Shown here piece after piece: positions 1 through 11,411 of a stretch of DNA of 64,000 bases. The notes below the pieces were generated by a model, which saw only the letters and a list, made by a program, of their open reading frames with translations, did not search any database and was not told where the DNA came from. Every line of letters begins with the position of its first letter. Positions within the stretch are counted from its first letter, which is position 1. The position numbers and the translations under genes are program-made. Source of the stretch: Octopus vulgaris (taxonomy: Eukaryota); assembly GCA_951406725.2 (NCBI GenBank), contig OX597817.1, positions 80,724,001 to 80,788,000 on the forward strand, in the 5' to 3' direction.

Positions 1-134
1 TTCATTCTTTGGAGAGATTTTTCGATTATGAAGATATTGAGAGCAGCAATACAGCAGACATGAGGTGTTTAGAGTGTAGTGGCTGGTAATCTACAGCTAA
101 AATTCTACCTCAGTCCTGGACGTCATTGTTATAT

Positions 135-169
135 TACAACATCATCAACATCAACATCATCATCATCAA

Positions 170-237
<68 letters not shown>
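135..237. repeat. (CAT)n trinucleotide microsatellite
   Basis: Direct read of tandem CAT/CAA units. Confidence 0.95.
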
Positions 238-644
238 CCATCGCCTCCAATCACGTTGCTAATCCAAGTATAAGGAGTATGGTAGTTATATTCATGCTTG
301 TGTGTACGTATCTGTTATATACACATATATATATATCATGTGTATATATATATATATCATATATATATATATATAACATATATATATATCATATATATAT
401 AACATACATATATATCATATATATTTAACATATATATATATATCATATATATAACATATATATATACACTCATATATAGGTATGTATGTATCATATATAT
501 CGTGTATGTATGCGTTTAAGTTTTTATACCTGCATTATATATGCATCTATATACACAAGTATATATACCCCACATACATGTATATGCATATATATTGATA
601 TACGTGTGTGTGTGTGTGTGCGTATGTGTGTGTAAATATGTGTA

Positions 645-715
<71 letters not shown>

Positions 716-1324
716 GTATGCATACATACATACATATACAGATGCGTATACGAATATCTATAATATGTGTGTGTGGATAGTGCATATGCGTGTATGCATA
801 TAAATACATTATACGTATGTATAGATAAACCTTTATGAATAACTATATCTATATCAGTCTATCTCTATATGTGTGTGTGATGGTATGTTTCTATGTATAC
901 ACACAATTATGTGTGCGTGCGTGTGTCTATATGTGTGTGTATATGTGTGTGTGTGCGTGTATGTGTTTCTGTGTGTAATACAATGGCAGGCATTTTGGGA
1001 CGTATACGTGTGTCTGATGTATATATGTATGTATATATATATATATGTATGTATGGGAAAAGAGAGGAGAAAAAATACTATTAATGTCCACTTACCAGTC
1101 GTAAATCATAGCCAGAGGGAACATGCAGTTTGAGTGGACAAGCGTAACGAAAGAAAGACAAAATCAAAAATCTGAAAGAAAAATATAAAACAAAAATACG
1201 ATAAGATAAGATAAGCTAGTGACCAATAGGATAAGTGGTAGAATAAAATTGATGAAACCCACTCTGGAGGAGAAATGTAATAAAATCGAGAAGAATAAGA
1301 AGAAAAAAATGGTGGTGTGAAATT

Positions 1325-1450
1325 GTGAATATGGTGTGATGTAGTATAAAAGACGGTGGGAATTTGTTGAAGTATGAGATGAATTTGTCTGAGATGTAAT
1401 TGGTGGTTTCGTTAAATTGATATTGAGGATTAAATGAACGCCATTTTAGT
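1325..1450 (-). pseudogene. Degenerate Penelope-like (Neptune-type) retroelement ORF fragment, RT-endonuclease linker
   Basis: Minus-strand translation RSFNPQYQFNETTNYISDKFISYFNKFPPSFILHHTIF resembles the linker motif WFNPPY..NV.TNIG.KF...I.KHFP....LH.IFN (motif recalled, not searched). Confidence 0.45.
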
Positions 1451-1502
1451 TCATGAGGAGCGTGGTAGATATCAAAGCGATAATGTTTTCGAGGGCACAC
1501 AT

Positions 1503-1571
<69 letters not shown>

Positions 1572-1622
1572 TATATGTATATATGTATGTATGTATGTAT
1601 GTATATATACACATGCACATAT

Positions 1623-1626
<4 letters not shown>

Positions 1627-1684
<58 letters not shown>

Positions 1685-1870
1685 TGGAGATCTTATAGAG
1701 GCTTGAGTTTGGCAAAAATGGTGATGAAAAAGATGAACGAGGAGGAGGACGGTGACGAGAAGAAGAAGAAGAAGAAGAAGAAGAAGAAGAAGAAGAAGAA
1801 GAAGAAGAAGAAGAAGAAGAAGAAGAAGAAGAAGAAGAAGAAGAAGAAGAAGAAGAAGAAGAAGAAGAAG
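1627..1870. repeat. (AAT)n (1627-1683) and (GAA)n (1758-1870) microsatellites
   Basis: Direct read. Confidence 0.95.
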
Positions 1871-2143
1871 AAAAATACAATGAGTTGAGTGTTAAGAAGA
1901 GTGATAGAAATGTAGCTCCATTACTAAGATGGGGGAATGGTTCGTTTCTTGTTTAGCGTTTTGTTTATTTTTGTTTTTTGTGGTGAGGTGGTTAAGTATG
2001 AAACATAAAATACGTATCCAATGAAATCAGAGCGATGATGGAATATACCTACGTAGAGATACAGACAATCACACATTACCCCATATATGTAAAATGAAAT
2101 ATGAAAAATGTATCCTGGACACAATGGGGCGACACGCACTTGG

Positions 2144-2205
<62 letters not shown>

Positions 2206-2217
2206 ATGGTTATTCGA

Positions 2218-2299
2218 GGCTCCGATGAAGCTGTAAAGTTTTACTCGGACATTTAGCTGTAAGTCCAGGCACATTTTATAGCAGAAACATGTGTAAGCT
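2218..2299 (+). ncRNA. Type I hammerhead-like motif with long stem II, in a (TA)n-flanked element (2203-2433)
   Basis: GGCT-CCGATGA-A-GCTGTAAAG...TTTTATAGC-A-GAAA-CATGTG-TA-AGCT. Stem I GGCT/AGCT, 9-bp stem II with an inner GGAC/GTCC hairpin, GUA cleavage triplet, U4->C variant. Confidence 0.65.
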
Positions 2300-2429
2300 A
2301 ATGAAGTTCATATGATAATCATTTATTCCTGTATCGTTCTCTTCATTTATACACACATACACATACAGCTGCCAACACTTTTTTTCAGAAAAATAGGGGT
2401 AGCTTATCCTGTTCAGGCTGTATTATTAG

Positions 2430-2481
<52 letters not shown>

Positions 2482-2486
<5 letters not shown>

Positions 2487-2607
2487 GGAGGGGGTGTTAC
2501 TGTAGCTTTATAGCCCCAAGAGATCTTCGTCTCTTGGGGCTATAAAGCTACAGTAACACCCCCTCCCCAATGTGGTTAACCATGATAAGATGGCTTCTAT
2601 ACTTTAC

Positions 2608-2610
<3 letters not shown>
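2482..2610. mobile_element. Fold-back insertion in (TA)n: perfect 42-bp inverted repeat plus ~40-bp tail
   Basis: 2482-2523 is the exact reverse complement of 2530-2571 (loop TCTTCG). The right arm continues 2572-2610 to (TA)n. Confidence 0.85.
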
Positions 2611-2647
<37 letters not shown>

Positions 2648-2699
2648 GAGGGTACAATAAGAATATTATACTATCACCAGGAGGAAAGATAGACGTATG

Positions 2700-2764
<65 letters not shown>

Positions 2765-2965
2765 TGCGCGCACACACATTTATGATTATATATAAAATAT
2801 ATAATCATAATGAAGGGTACCGATATGCTAGAAATAGAAGTCAAAAAGACTTTAAACCAAGTACTTTTATTATGATTATATAATTTATACATGATTATAA
2901 ACCTTTATTAATGTTCTACCTCTAAGTTTTTTTAATCGCACGCTGGCTACTGATATTATCATTAA

Positions 2966-3026
<61 letters not shown>

Positions 3027-3036
3027 GTTATTATTA

Positions 3037-3101
<65 letters not shown>

Positions 3102-3141
3102 TCATAATAATAATTTAATTTTATCCTTTACATACCTATAT

Positions 3142-3181
<40 letters not shown>

Positions 3182-3763
3182 AAGAGAGGGAGATCATGGT
3201 ATTCCTGATGCAGCAGTCAACAAAATGTTTGTACAATTCACTAGTAAACGAAAGAAATCTACAGCGTCCAACTTCGGTAGAGCTGGACACTCTGATAGGT
3301 GTCTTTGTGCTGTCAAGTAGAGAGAAAAAAGATCCCCGTCGGAAATAATCCTTGTTGTAAGTCAGTTGATTTTGAAGAGTAAATCCAAAGGCATCGGCAT
3401 ATTTCTGCGAGCTATTTCCATCAACATGGCTACAATGGCAGAGCAATAAATAGGAAATCTCTTCTTAGACCAGAAAAAATATCCAAACAAGCAAAGAGAA
3501 AAAGGGCTTTCAACTGAAAATGACTGTTACTTTTGAGATGTCTATATATATATATATTTATATTTTGGCGTTTTGCTGAGATTTTTCCTAAGAACACATT
3601 TTTCGTGCTTCGATTTTGGATTTGGTTTGCAAGATACTTTATTGAAAAGGTTGCAAGACGAAACGAAAATTTTTGGAAAATAAAAATAAGAAAAAAGTGG
3701 AAATTTTAACCGGTGAGTGTGTTAAATTATAAGGCACAAAAAGAAAATGACTCTCCCCAGACA

Positions 3764-4445
3764 TTCTTCGTGGTAATGGCGATTTGACGTCTATGTTTAA
3801 CATATTAAGTGTCCACCTTATTGGTCATTCCTCTTAATTTTATAAAATCTTCGGATTTTATAAATATGCTAAGACACTGGTTTTAATTGATAAATATCAA
3901 TTCCTACCCTTATTATTTAATTTTAACTGGTGAATTTGCTGCTGAATTTTATTAACTTAATTAACTGCAGAGTAATTTCCGGCCTCTGCGCACCAAAGTG
4001 AAGACATTTGAAAAATACACCCAAATATAAATTATAGAACATAATACTTGCTCGATTTCGGTTGAGCGTTCTGTATCAAGTTCTGGAAATTATGTTTTGT
4101 AAGCGACAGACTACGCTGACGATCTTGCAGATATCTGCGTGTTTGCATACGTAGATATTAACAAGTGAAACCACCGGTACGTGGGTGATCGTTTTCTTAT
4201 TTCGTATATTTACATTTGTCTTGCTAATTTTTACATTTTGGTGTGTTTTTTAGATTTTCCTTGAGAACTTATTCTTCTTGGTAACGGCGATTTGACGTCT
4301 ATGTTTAGCATATTAGGTGTCCACTTTAGTGGCCATTCCTCTTAATTATGTATGTAACATAATTTTTTATCTTCGGATTTTTTAAATATGCTAAAACACT
4401 GGTTTTAATTGATTAATATCAATTCCTACCCTTATTATTTAATTA
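3764..4445 (+). mobile_element. Retrozyme-like partial tandem repeat (~510-bp monomer, ~1.3 copies) ending at (TA)n
   Basis: Direct repeats at 3764-3922 and 4272-4445 (GATTTGACGT at 3781 and 4289, period 508) flank a hammerhead. Confidence 0.7.
4111..4184 (+). ncRNA. Type I hammerhead ribozyme with canonical core
   Basis: CTACG-CTGACGA-T-CTTG..GATATCTGCGT/ACGTAGATATT..CAAG-T-GAAA-CC(ACC)GG-TA-CGTGG. Stem I 5 bp, long stem II, stem III ACC/GGT. Predicted cleavage after A4179. Confidence 0.85.
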
Positions 4446-4580
4446 TATATATATATATATACATCCATATATATACATATATAGTTAATCCAAACAAGAA
4501 AACACAGAAAAAAACACAGCAACGCGAGGACGTGGAACAGTTAAAGTATTATTTGACGCGCAGGAAAGAAGAGAAGGAGG

Positions 4581-4614
4581 GTTTAACGTTTCGACGGAGC
4601 TCTTCGTCGGAAAC
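4581..4614 (-). ncRNA. Minimal hammerhead-like motif in a (TA)n-anchored element (~4482-4665)
   Basis: Minus: GTTT-CCGACGA-A-GAGCTCCGTC-GAAA-CG-TT-AAAC. Stem I GTTT/AAAC, palindromic ACGT at stem III. The same family 3' end recurs on + at 7198-7295. Confidence 0.6.
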
Positions 4615-4830
4615 AAGGAGAAGGAAAGATCCCAAGAAGGGAAGACAGAGGAAAAAATTATTTTTGCTGGTGGTGCTCAAGAGATTATATTATATTAAAT
4701 TAGAGATAAAACCACTATTAGGCAAATCAAACAATGAAAAACTTAAGCCAATACATAAAATTAATTAATTTATATTATTTTAAATATATATCAAAAGTAT
4801 TAAAAGTTTAATAAAGGATAATGAGTAAAA

Positions 4831-4855
4831 CACTACGATCGTTTCATGGCTGTCC
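4831..4855 (-). ncRNA. 3' half of a hammerhead, truncated
   Basis: Minus: ...CCAT-GAAA-CGATCG-TA-GTG, palindromic stem III ACGATCGT. The CUGANGA half is lost at the (TA)n junction. Confidence 0.4.
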
Positions 4856-4859
4856 AATT

Positions 4860-4922
<63 letters not shown>

Positions 4923-5786
4923 ATGTACGTAAGTGTCTCTCTCGCCCTCTCTATATATATGTATATTTATATATATATATATATAACCATATATACTTAT
5001 ATAAATACATGTATAAGTTCGAATACACGCAGACTTGTTTGAACGTTTATATACACACGTGTATCTGGTACGTGAGTTTATATATATGTACGTATGTATG
5101 TACGTATATAAACACGCGCACATGTAAATTAACATGTAGGCGTCTGTACGAATGAGCGCATTTACTTATGTTTATATGAGTTTCTCCTTTGTCCTTCTCT
5201 TTGTTTCTCTTTAACCATGAAATCTAAATAACAATGAATTCGTGACTGGAAAGTTTGTTAAAAGTGTGCTAAATTATCTTACGTGATAATTATTACGTCA
5301 TAGGCCATGTCTTTCTCTCTCACTGTAAGCATGTATGAACATATATGTACGTGTGTATGTACGCATCTGCGCCAGTGTATATGTATGTCTACATACATAT
5401 ATATATGTGTGTATGTATATATATATATATATATATATATTGACATGTATGTATATGCATGTGTATGTATTGTGTGTATCATAGATCTGTACATTTGTAT
5501 ATTATTTTTTTATTGGAGAGCAATCACAAAGTGACTCAAGGGCAAAGAGTGTCGTGAACACGCATACACACACACACATACATACACACACATATATATA
5601 TACATATATATATAAGCATATGCGTGTGTGCATTTATGCACCTGCATGCACACACATACTCACACAAACACTTACATATATGTATATCTGAAGGAAGTAG
5701 AAGATTTAGTTTCAATTTTTTTTTATAACATCAGAAATTTGACCTGGGGAAAAATGCATGACGCTAAGCATGACGTCATCTAATTG

Positions 5787-5827
5787 CAGGACATATTCGT
5801 TTCTGCGTTGTTTCGCCTCATCAGCCC
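5787..5827 (-). ncRNA. Hammerhead-like motif
   Basis: Minus: GGG-CTGATGA-G-GCG(AAACAA)CGC-A-GAAA-CG(AATA)TG-TC-CTG. Core intact, stem I weak. Confidence 0.5.
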
Positions 5828-5892
5828 GGGTACTGAAATTCGTCCTCCACACACGTAACAGAATGATACTGTTAAATATCATTGTACTTTCA

Positions 5893-6322
5893 GGCGTAGG
5901 ATTGGCTGTGTGATAAGAAGCTTGCTTCCCAACGACATGATTCCGGTTTCAATCTCACTGCGCGGCACCATGGGCAAATGTTTTTACTATAGCTTCGGAT
6001 CAACTAGAGCTTTGTGAGTGGATTAGACGGAAACTGAAAGAAGCCCACCCGTGGTATATCTATCTATCTATCTATCTCTCTATATATATACATACATACA
6101 TACATATACACATGCATTTATGTGTCTGTGTTTGTGCTCCTACTGATGTTGACAACCGATGTTTGTGTGTTCACGTCCCCGTAACTTAGCGATTCGGCAA
6201 AAGAACGATAGAATATGGACTAGGCATACAAAGAATAAGACTTGGAGTCGAATTGTTCGATTAAAAGCTGTGCTCCAGCACGGCCGAGTCAAATGACTGA
6301 AACAAGGAGAAGAATAAAAGAA
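5893..6322 (+). mobile_element. SINE family A (tRNA-like head, internal TA/TG microsatellite, AAAAG-type tail)
   Basis: GGCGTAGGA.TGGCTGTGTG head, GGTTTCAATCTC B-box-like motif, GACAACCGAT...GTAACTTAGCG..CGGCAAAAG body. More than 12 similar copies in this window. Confidence 0.85.
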
Positions 6323-6466
6323 TACGTATGCTTCGTACGATTCTATTTTTTTCTTTTTTATTCCAGCTTAACCAAGCTTTACGCACACCAACAGATTGTC
6401 TGTTTCCTCTTCTCATACATCGCAAATATCGTTCGGATAATGCTGCGAAGAACAGGTTCAACATTT

Positions 6467-6591
6467 GTAGCTGATGACGGGTAACAAGTAGAGATGCATG
6501 TCTCCTCCTACAGTCAGATGTGTTTTCACACATGTTGTCACGGATGAGAAAATTCTCCCGTGACTATTTCCACAGTGAAAGGTCTTCCTAC
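6467..6591 (+). ncRNA. Hammerhead-like motif with ~100-nt multi-hairpin stem II domain
   Basis: GTAG-CTGATGA-[6478-6576 with hairpins GAGA/TCTC, ATGTG/CACAT, GTCACGG/CCGTGAC]-GAAA-GGTCT-TC-CTAC. Stem I GTAG/CTAC, ~70 bp upstream of (TA)n. Confidence 0.55.
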
Positions 6592-6745
6592 GTCCGCGTA
6601 CACACGAATGTGTTACATATCATTGTGCATGCGAATATTTTATCCGACGCTGCATCGAGCAATTATATATATATGTGTATGTGTGCGTGTGTGTGTATGC
6701 GTGTATGTGTGAGTGTGTTACATATATGTATGTATATATATGTAC

Positions 6746-6804
<59 letters not shown>

Positions 6805-6894
6805 TATATAATATATGTATATATGTATACGGATGTATATGTATATATACCTATATATATATATATATATATATCATGTATGTGTATATGTATG

Positions 6895-6959
<65 letters not shown>

Positions 6960-6992
6960 CATATATATATATATATATTATTGCTATATATA

Positions 6993-7201
6993 CAGGGGGT
7001 CCCATAAGTTGCGCACCATTCTAGTTTTCATAAAAAATAATTAAAGCATTTTATTTTATTATATATTTTTCGGCATGCTTTAATGTAGAGGGTGCTCAAT
7101 TTGAGCATTTGTTATGATTAATTTCAATAACGTATTTTTGAAATCAGTAAGGGTGTATTCTTTTAAAAAACCAGAGTGGTGCGCAACTTTTGGGACACCC
7201 T
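6993..7201. mobile_element. Tc1/mariner-type MITE
   Basis: ~29-bp TIRs CAGGGGGTCCCATAAGTTGCGCACCATTCT / AGAGTGGTGCGCAACTTTTGGGACACCCT. TA on the left, right end clipped. Confidence 0.8.
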
Positions 7202-7670
7202 TCCTTCTTTCCTTCTTTCCTGAGCGTCCAATAATACTATATTTGTTCCACGTCCTCGCCTTGTGTTTTTTTGTGCTTTCTTGTTTGGATTAACTATATA
7301 TATATATATTGTTTCTTTTCCGTTTTATTCGTTTCTTGTTTTCTCGTTCCAATATCAGCCCTCTTTTTTAATTTACTCGTGTTTTTTCATGGATTAGCGT
7401 CCTGTTTTTCAACTAAAGCAATCATGGATAATGAGCTAGAAGGATTCCTTAAAGACACAGGACACATTATATATATGTCTGCCGAATTACTGTGTATATT
7501 GATTAATATTTATCTCTCACGGAATGGAATACTCTTTTTGTTGAACCTACCTATAACAGAACAGTAAAGAACACACACACACATATATACACACAGACAT
7601 ATATATTGTTTTTGTTTGTTTTTCCTTTGTTTTTCCAGTCTCAGCTAATGAGCTGTGGCCATGCTGGGGC

Positions 7671-8030
7671 TCCTACGATTTAGATTCCTAACTACTCCCA
7701 CATTTTGCGGTGCAGTGTAACCAAAAGCAGGTATCTTTTAGTCGTGATTTATATCGAGCCCTTCTGGGTATTAGCGTGCGTCTACGATGAGTCTACGATT
7801 TTAAAAAAAATTACCATAATTTTTTCCCATTTTTAATGCATTTTTTTGCTATTATATAAGGGAAGTAACTCTCTAAAAATGTATTATTAAATCTCAGAAC
7901 GTAAAAAGCTACAGTAACACCCCCCTTTGTGGTTAGCCATATTGAGATGGCTATTATACTTTATATCTCTAAAAATGCTTATATAATTATTTCCCTTACA
8001 AACCCGAGCAACGCCGGGCGATACTTCTAG
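7671..8030 (+). mobile_element. Non-autonomous Helitron-like element
   Basis: 3' hairpin CCCGAGC-AAC-GCCGGG (8003-8018), then CTAG (8027-8030) followed by T, the standard Helitron 3' signature. 5' boundary approximate. Confidence 0.65.
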
Positions 8031-8319
8031 TATATATATATACATTGTATTCAGATATGTTTCTACATTTATATATGTAAGCATACATATTTGTGTGTGT
8101 GTGTTTCTGCGTGTGTTTGTGTGTGTATATATGTATGTGTTTGACATTAAACTTCATCTGGTGCCACGGCACCGAAAATCTAGAGTTGTGGAGGACGCGG
8201 AGTAATTCCTCAATTACTAGTACTCCCAGATACGCACTGATCTGGAACACCAGTGCCTGTCAGGGTCCCATCAATAAGTTAAATATATTTCCCAGGGGCA
8301 GAGGGGTTTCACTTTAGGC

Positions 8320-8510
8320 ACAAGGCATGAAATTTGGAGGAAGAGGGCTAGTCTATTATAACGACTCTAATGGCACTCATTTCATCGAACCTGAAAGGGT
8401 TAAAGGCAAAGTTGATCTCGAGGAAATTTGAATTCAGAACGTAAGGACGGACGAAATGCCAGTCGCTTTACAATGCTTGCCACTGTATCCTACAATGGCG
8501 ACCGAGAAAG
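8320..8510 (-). mobile_element. Degenerate SINE family B
   Basis: GAAAGGGTTAAAGGCAAAGTTGATCTCGAGGAAATTTGAATTCAGAACG matches the family B core. Confidence 0.7.
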
Positions 8511-8681
8511 TGGTAAAAGCATTGAACCATGTTTTATCACTTGAATCTAACAACGTGCATATGTCTCGCTACCATGTCATTTCTTGGCTGAGTGTGAGAT
8601 GGTTATCTTCTGACAGGGCGGGCGTGTTTGGAATAGTAAGGCTCGAAGCAGTTAAAGAACAGAAACTGATATATTATTTTT

Positions 8682-9063
8682 TTTTTCTTTTATTTATTTC
8701 AGTCATTTGACTGTGGTCATAGTAGAGCACCGCCTTTAGTCGAGCAAATCGACGCCAGGACTTATTTCTTTGTAAGCGTAGTACTTATTCTATCGGTTTC
8801 TTTTGTCGAACAGCTAAGTTACGGGGACGGAAACACACCAGCATCGGCTGTATGGGAACAGAGACACGCAAACACGCGCGCGCGCACACACACACACATA
8901 TATTTTTGTATATATATATATACGACGGGCTTCTTTCAGTTTCCGTCTACCAAATTAACTCACAAGGCTTTGGTCGGCCCGAGGCAGTGAGACGTAGTGA
9001 GACTGAACCTGGAACCATGTGGTTGGTTAGAAAGGTACTTACCACACAGCCATTCCTGTGCCT
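8682..9063 (-). mobile_element. SINE family A with internal deletion
   Basis: Reverse complement of the family A head and body. Confidence 0.85.
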
Positions 9064-9099
9064 ATGATATATGTATGTATATGTGTGTGTGTGTGTGTA

Positions 9100-9148
<49 letters not shown>

Positions 9149-9245
9149 ACGGGAAGGTTTACGAAAATAAACAAAAGTCGAAGGCAGGTGGAGTAGAAAC
9201 AAACAAATGTATTAGTATGGCGCTCAGGAATAGAAATAGAACAAG

Positions 9246-9283
9246 TCTTTTACGTTTCGAGCCTACGCTCTTCGGCAGAAAGA
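9246..9283 (-). ncRNA. Minimal hammerhead (A6 variant) in a (TA)n-anchored element, 9146-9357
   Basis: Minus: TCTTT-CTGCCGA-A-GAGC(GTAG)GCTC-GAAA-CG-TA-AAAGA. Perfect 5-bp stem I and 4-bp stem II. Confidence 0.7.
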
Positions 9284-10109
9284 TACACAGAAAAGAAATA
9301 AGGAGAGAAACAAGGAGAGAAAAAAATGCGTGTAGGAGCTAACGGTCTATCATGGCGTTAGGGATTAGCAGCAGGTCAACCCTGATCATCGGGAATTTCC
9401 GTTTCAACGACGAGAATCCAGTTAGTGTTCGATCGATTGATTTACTTACTCATTGAATTAGTGGTTATATTGGTTGAGTATTAGAAATGTGTAACCATAA
9501 CGTAATTCTCACAATAAATCAAAGTGACATAGAAAGCATGGAGAGGTTGTCTGTGCCTTTGCTTTGAAGTACAGATACAATCCAGCCGACAGGCTACGGA
9601 CTGATCCAATTTCATTTACATGGCTTGCGGTTATGGTGAAAGACACTCGGCTAAATAAGGCACACAATAGAGATGAACCCGTGACGTCGTTCTCACAAAA
9701 CCGACTGTCTAACCATTAGCTCATTATGCATCATGATTGACCAGTCCAGTAATTAAAGATAGTCCTTCAGCGAGTGATATTGTATTTTCTAGTAGCATCT
9801 TGGGTTCCATTACCTAGGGTGTCGTTCTTGTCCGGTCCCTAAAATATTGGAGTGAGACTTCTGAGAAAAAAGAACGATTTCTCTGGCATCTGGATGCTCG
9901 ACTATATTTAGGGTCCCCAGTTTAGCACCTTATGGGAGATAACAGCAAGAGGATGCGTACATTTAATTTCACACAATCATCTAGCAAACTGATATCTCCT
10001 AGAATCCTTTTAAGTTTACAAAAGATAAAATCTTCAAACAATTTGCATCGCTAGCAACTGCAGGAGGCTACGATATTCGGATGGATGGATGTGAAAGCAC
10101 TTACTCTGT

Positions 10110-10140
<31 letters not shown>

Positions 10141-10157
10141 GTCATCATCATCGTCAT

Positions 10158-10189
<32 letters not shown>

Positions 10190-10356
10190 GTAGCAGCATG
10201 TCGTTATCGTCAGACTGGTTTTATATGTATGTGTGTATTTCTGAATATGTGTCTGTGCGCAAAGCGCCTGCGAGTTTGTGTATGTTTGTAGAAAATAAAT
10301 TTAGATAGATAGATAAGTATATAAGAAAATTTATATATAAATATAAACATATTATA

Positions 10357-10399
<43 letters not shown>

Positions 10400-10434
10400 G
10401 TATACATGTTTATGTACGTATATATATATACGTA

Positions 10435-10477
<43 letters not shown>

Positions 10478-10506
10478 GTATATGTATATATACGTATATA
10501 TGTATA

Positions 10507-10566
<60 letters not shown>

Positions 10567-11090
10567 TTTGTGAATGCATGTTTGTATGTATCTATACATG
10601 TATATATATATATATATTCATATATTTAATATATATGTTTATATTAACATACGTATCTATACATGTGCATAATGTATATCTATATGTGTATGTAGGTATG
10701 TATATATGTATACATGTGTGTGTATGTATATATATAGCAATTAATTTTTTTTGTTTTTCTATACTTTTGTTTTCTTTTGCACTTTATTTTTCGTTTTATT
10801 GTTGTCACTGCTGTTTTTCGTTATTATAGTTCAAGTTGTTATTGAAATTACCCAAAAATTTAGCAATGTAGAATTTCCATCTGAAAATCTTAATGATTTT
10901 AATCTGAAATTCCTCAAAAATCTGACATGAAGAGCTTCCATACTGAGCAAGTAAAATATATACAGGAAACAGTTTGAATTATCTTCAGGCTACACAGAAT
11001 CGTGCCTTGAAAAAATGGTTACCAATCATGATTTTATCTATATACTTTTTTCACTCACACTCTCACACCTTCTTACTCTCTCCCTTTCTG

Positions 11091-11165
<75 letters not shown>

Positions 11166-11232
11166 TGCACCTGCTCTACCTGTCTTTCTCTCTATCTCTC
11201 AATCTCTCTTTTATTGTTTTCGGCGTATGTAA

Positions 11233-11273
<41 letters not shown>

Positions 11274-11289
11274 TACATATACATATATA

Positions 11290-11411
<122 letters not shown>

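Noticed and set aside
3642-3666. TTGAAAA-G-GTT(GCAA)GAC-GAAA-CG hammerhead-like fragment
   Set aside because: It lacks the UH cleavage site and stem I. It may be a decayed remnant and was not counted.
10830-10950. Possible exon after a polypyrimidine tract (QVVIEITQKFSNVEFPSENL...)
   Set aside because: No recognisable homology, an early stop and no partner exons. RNA-seq would be needed.
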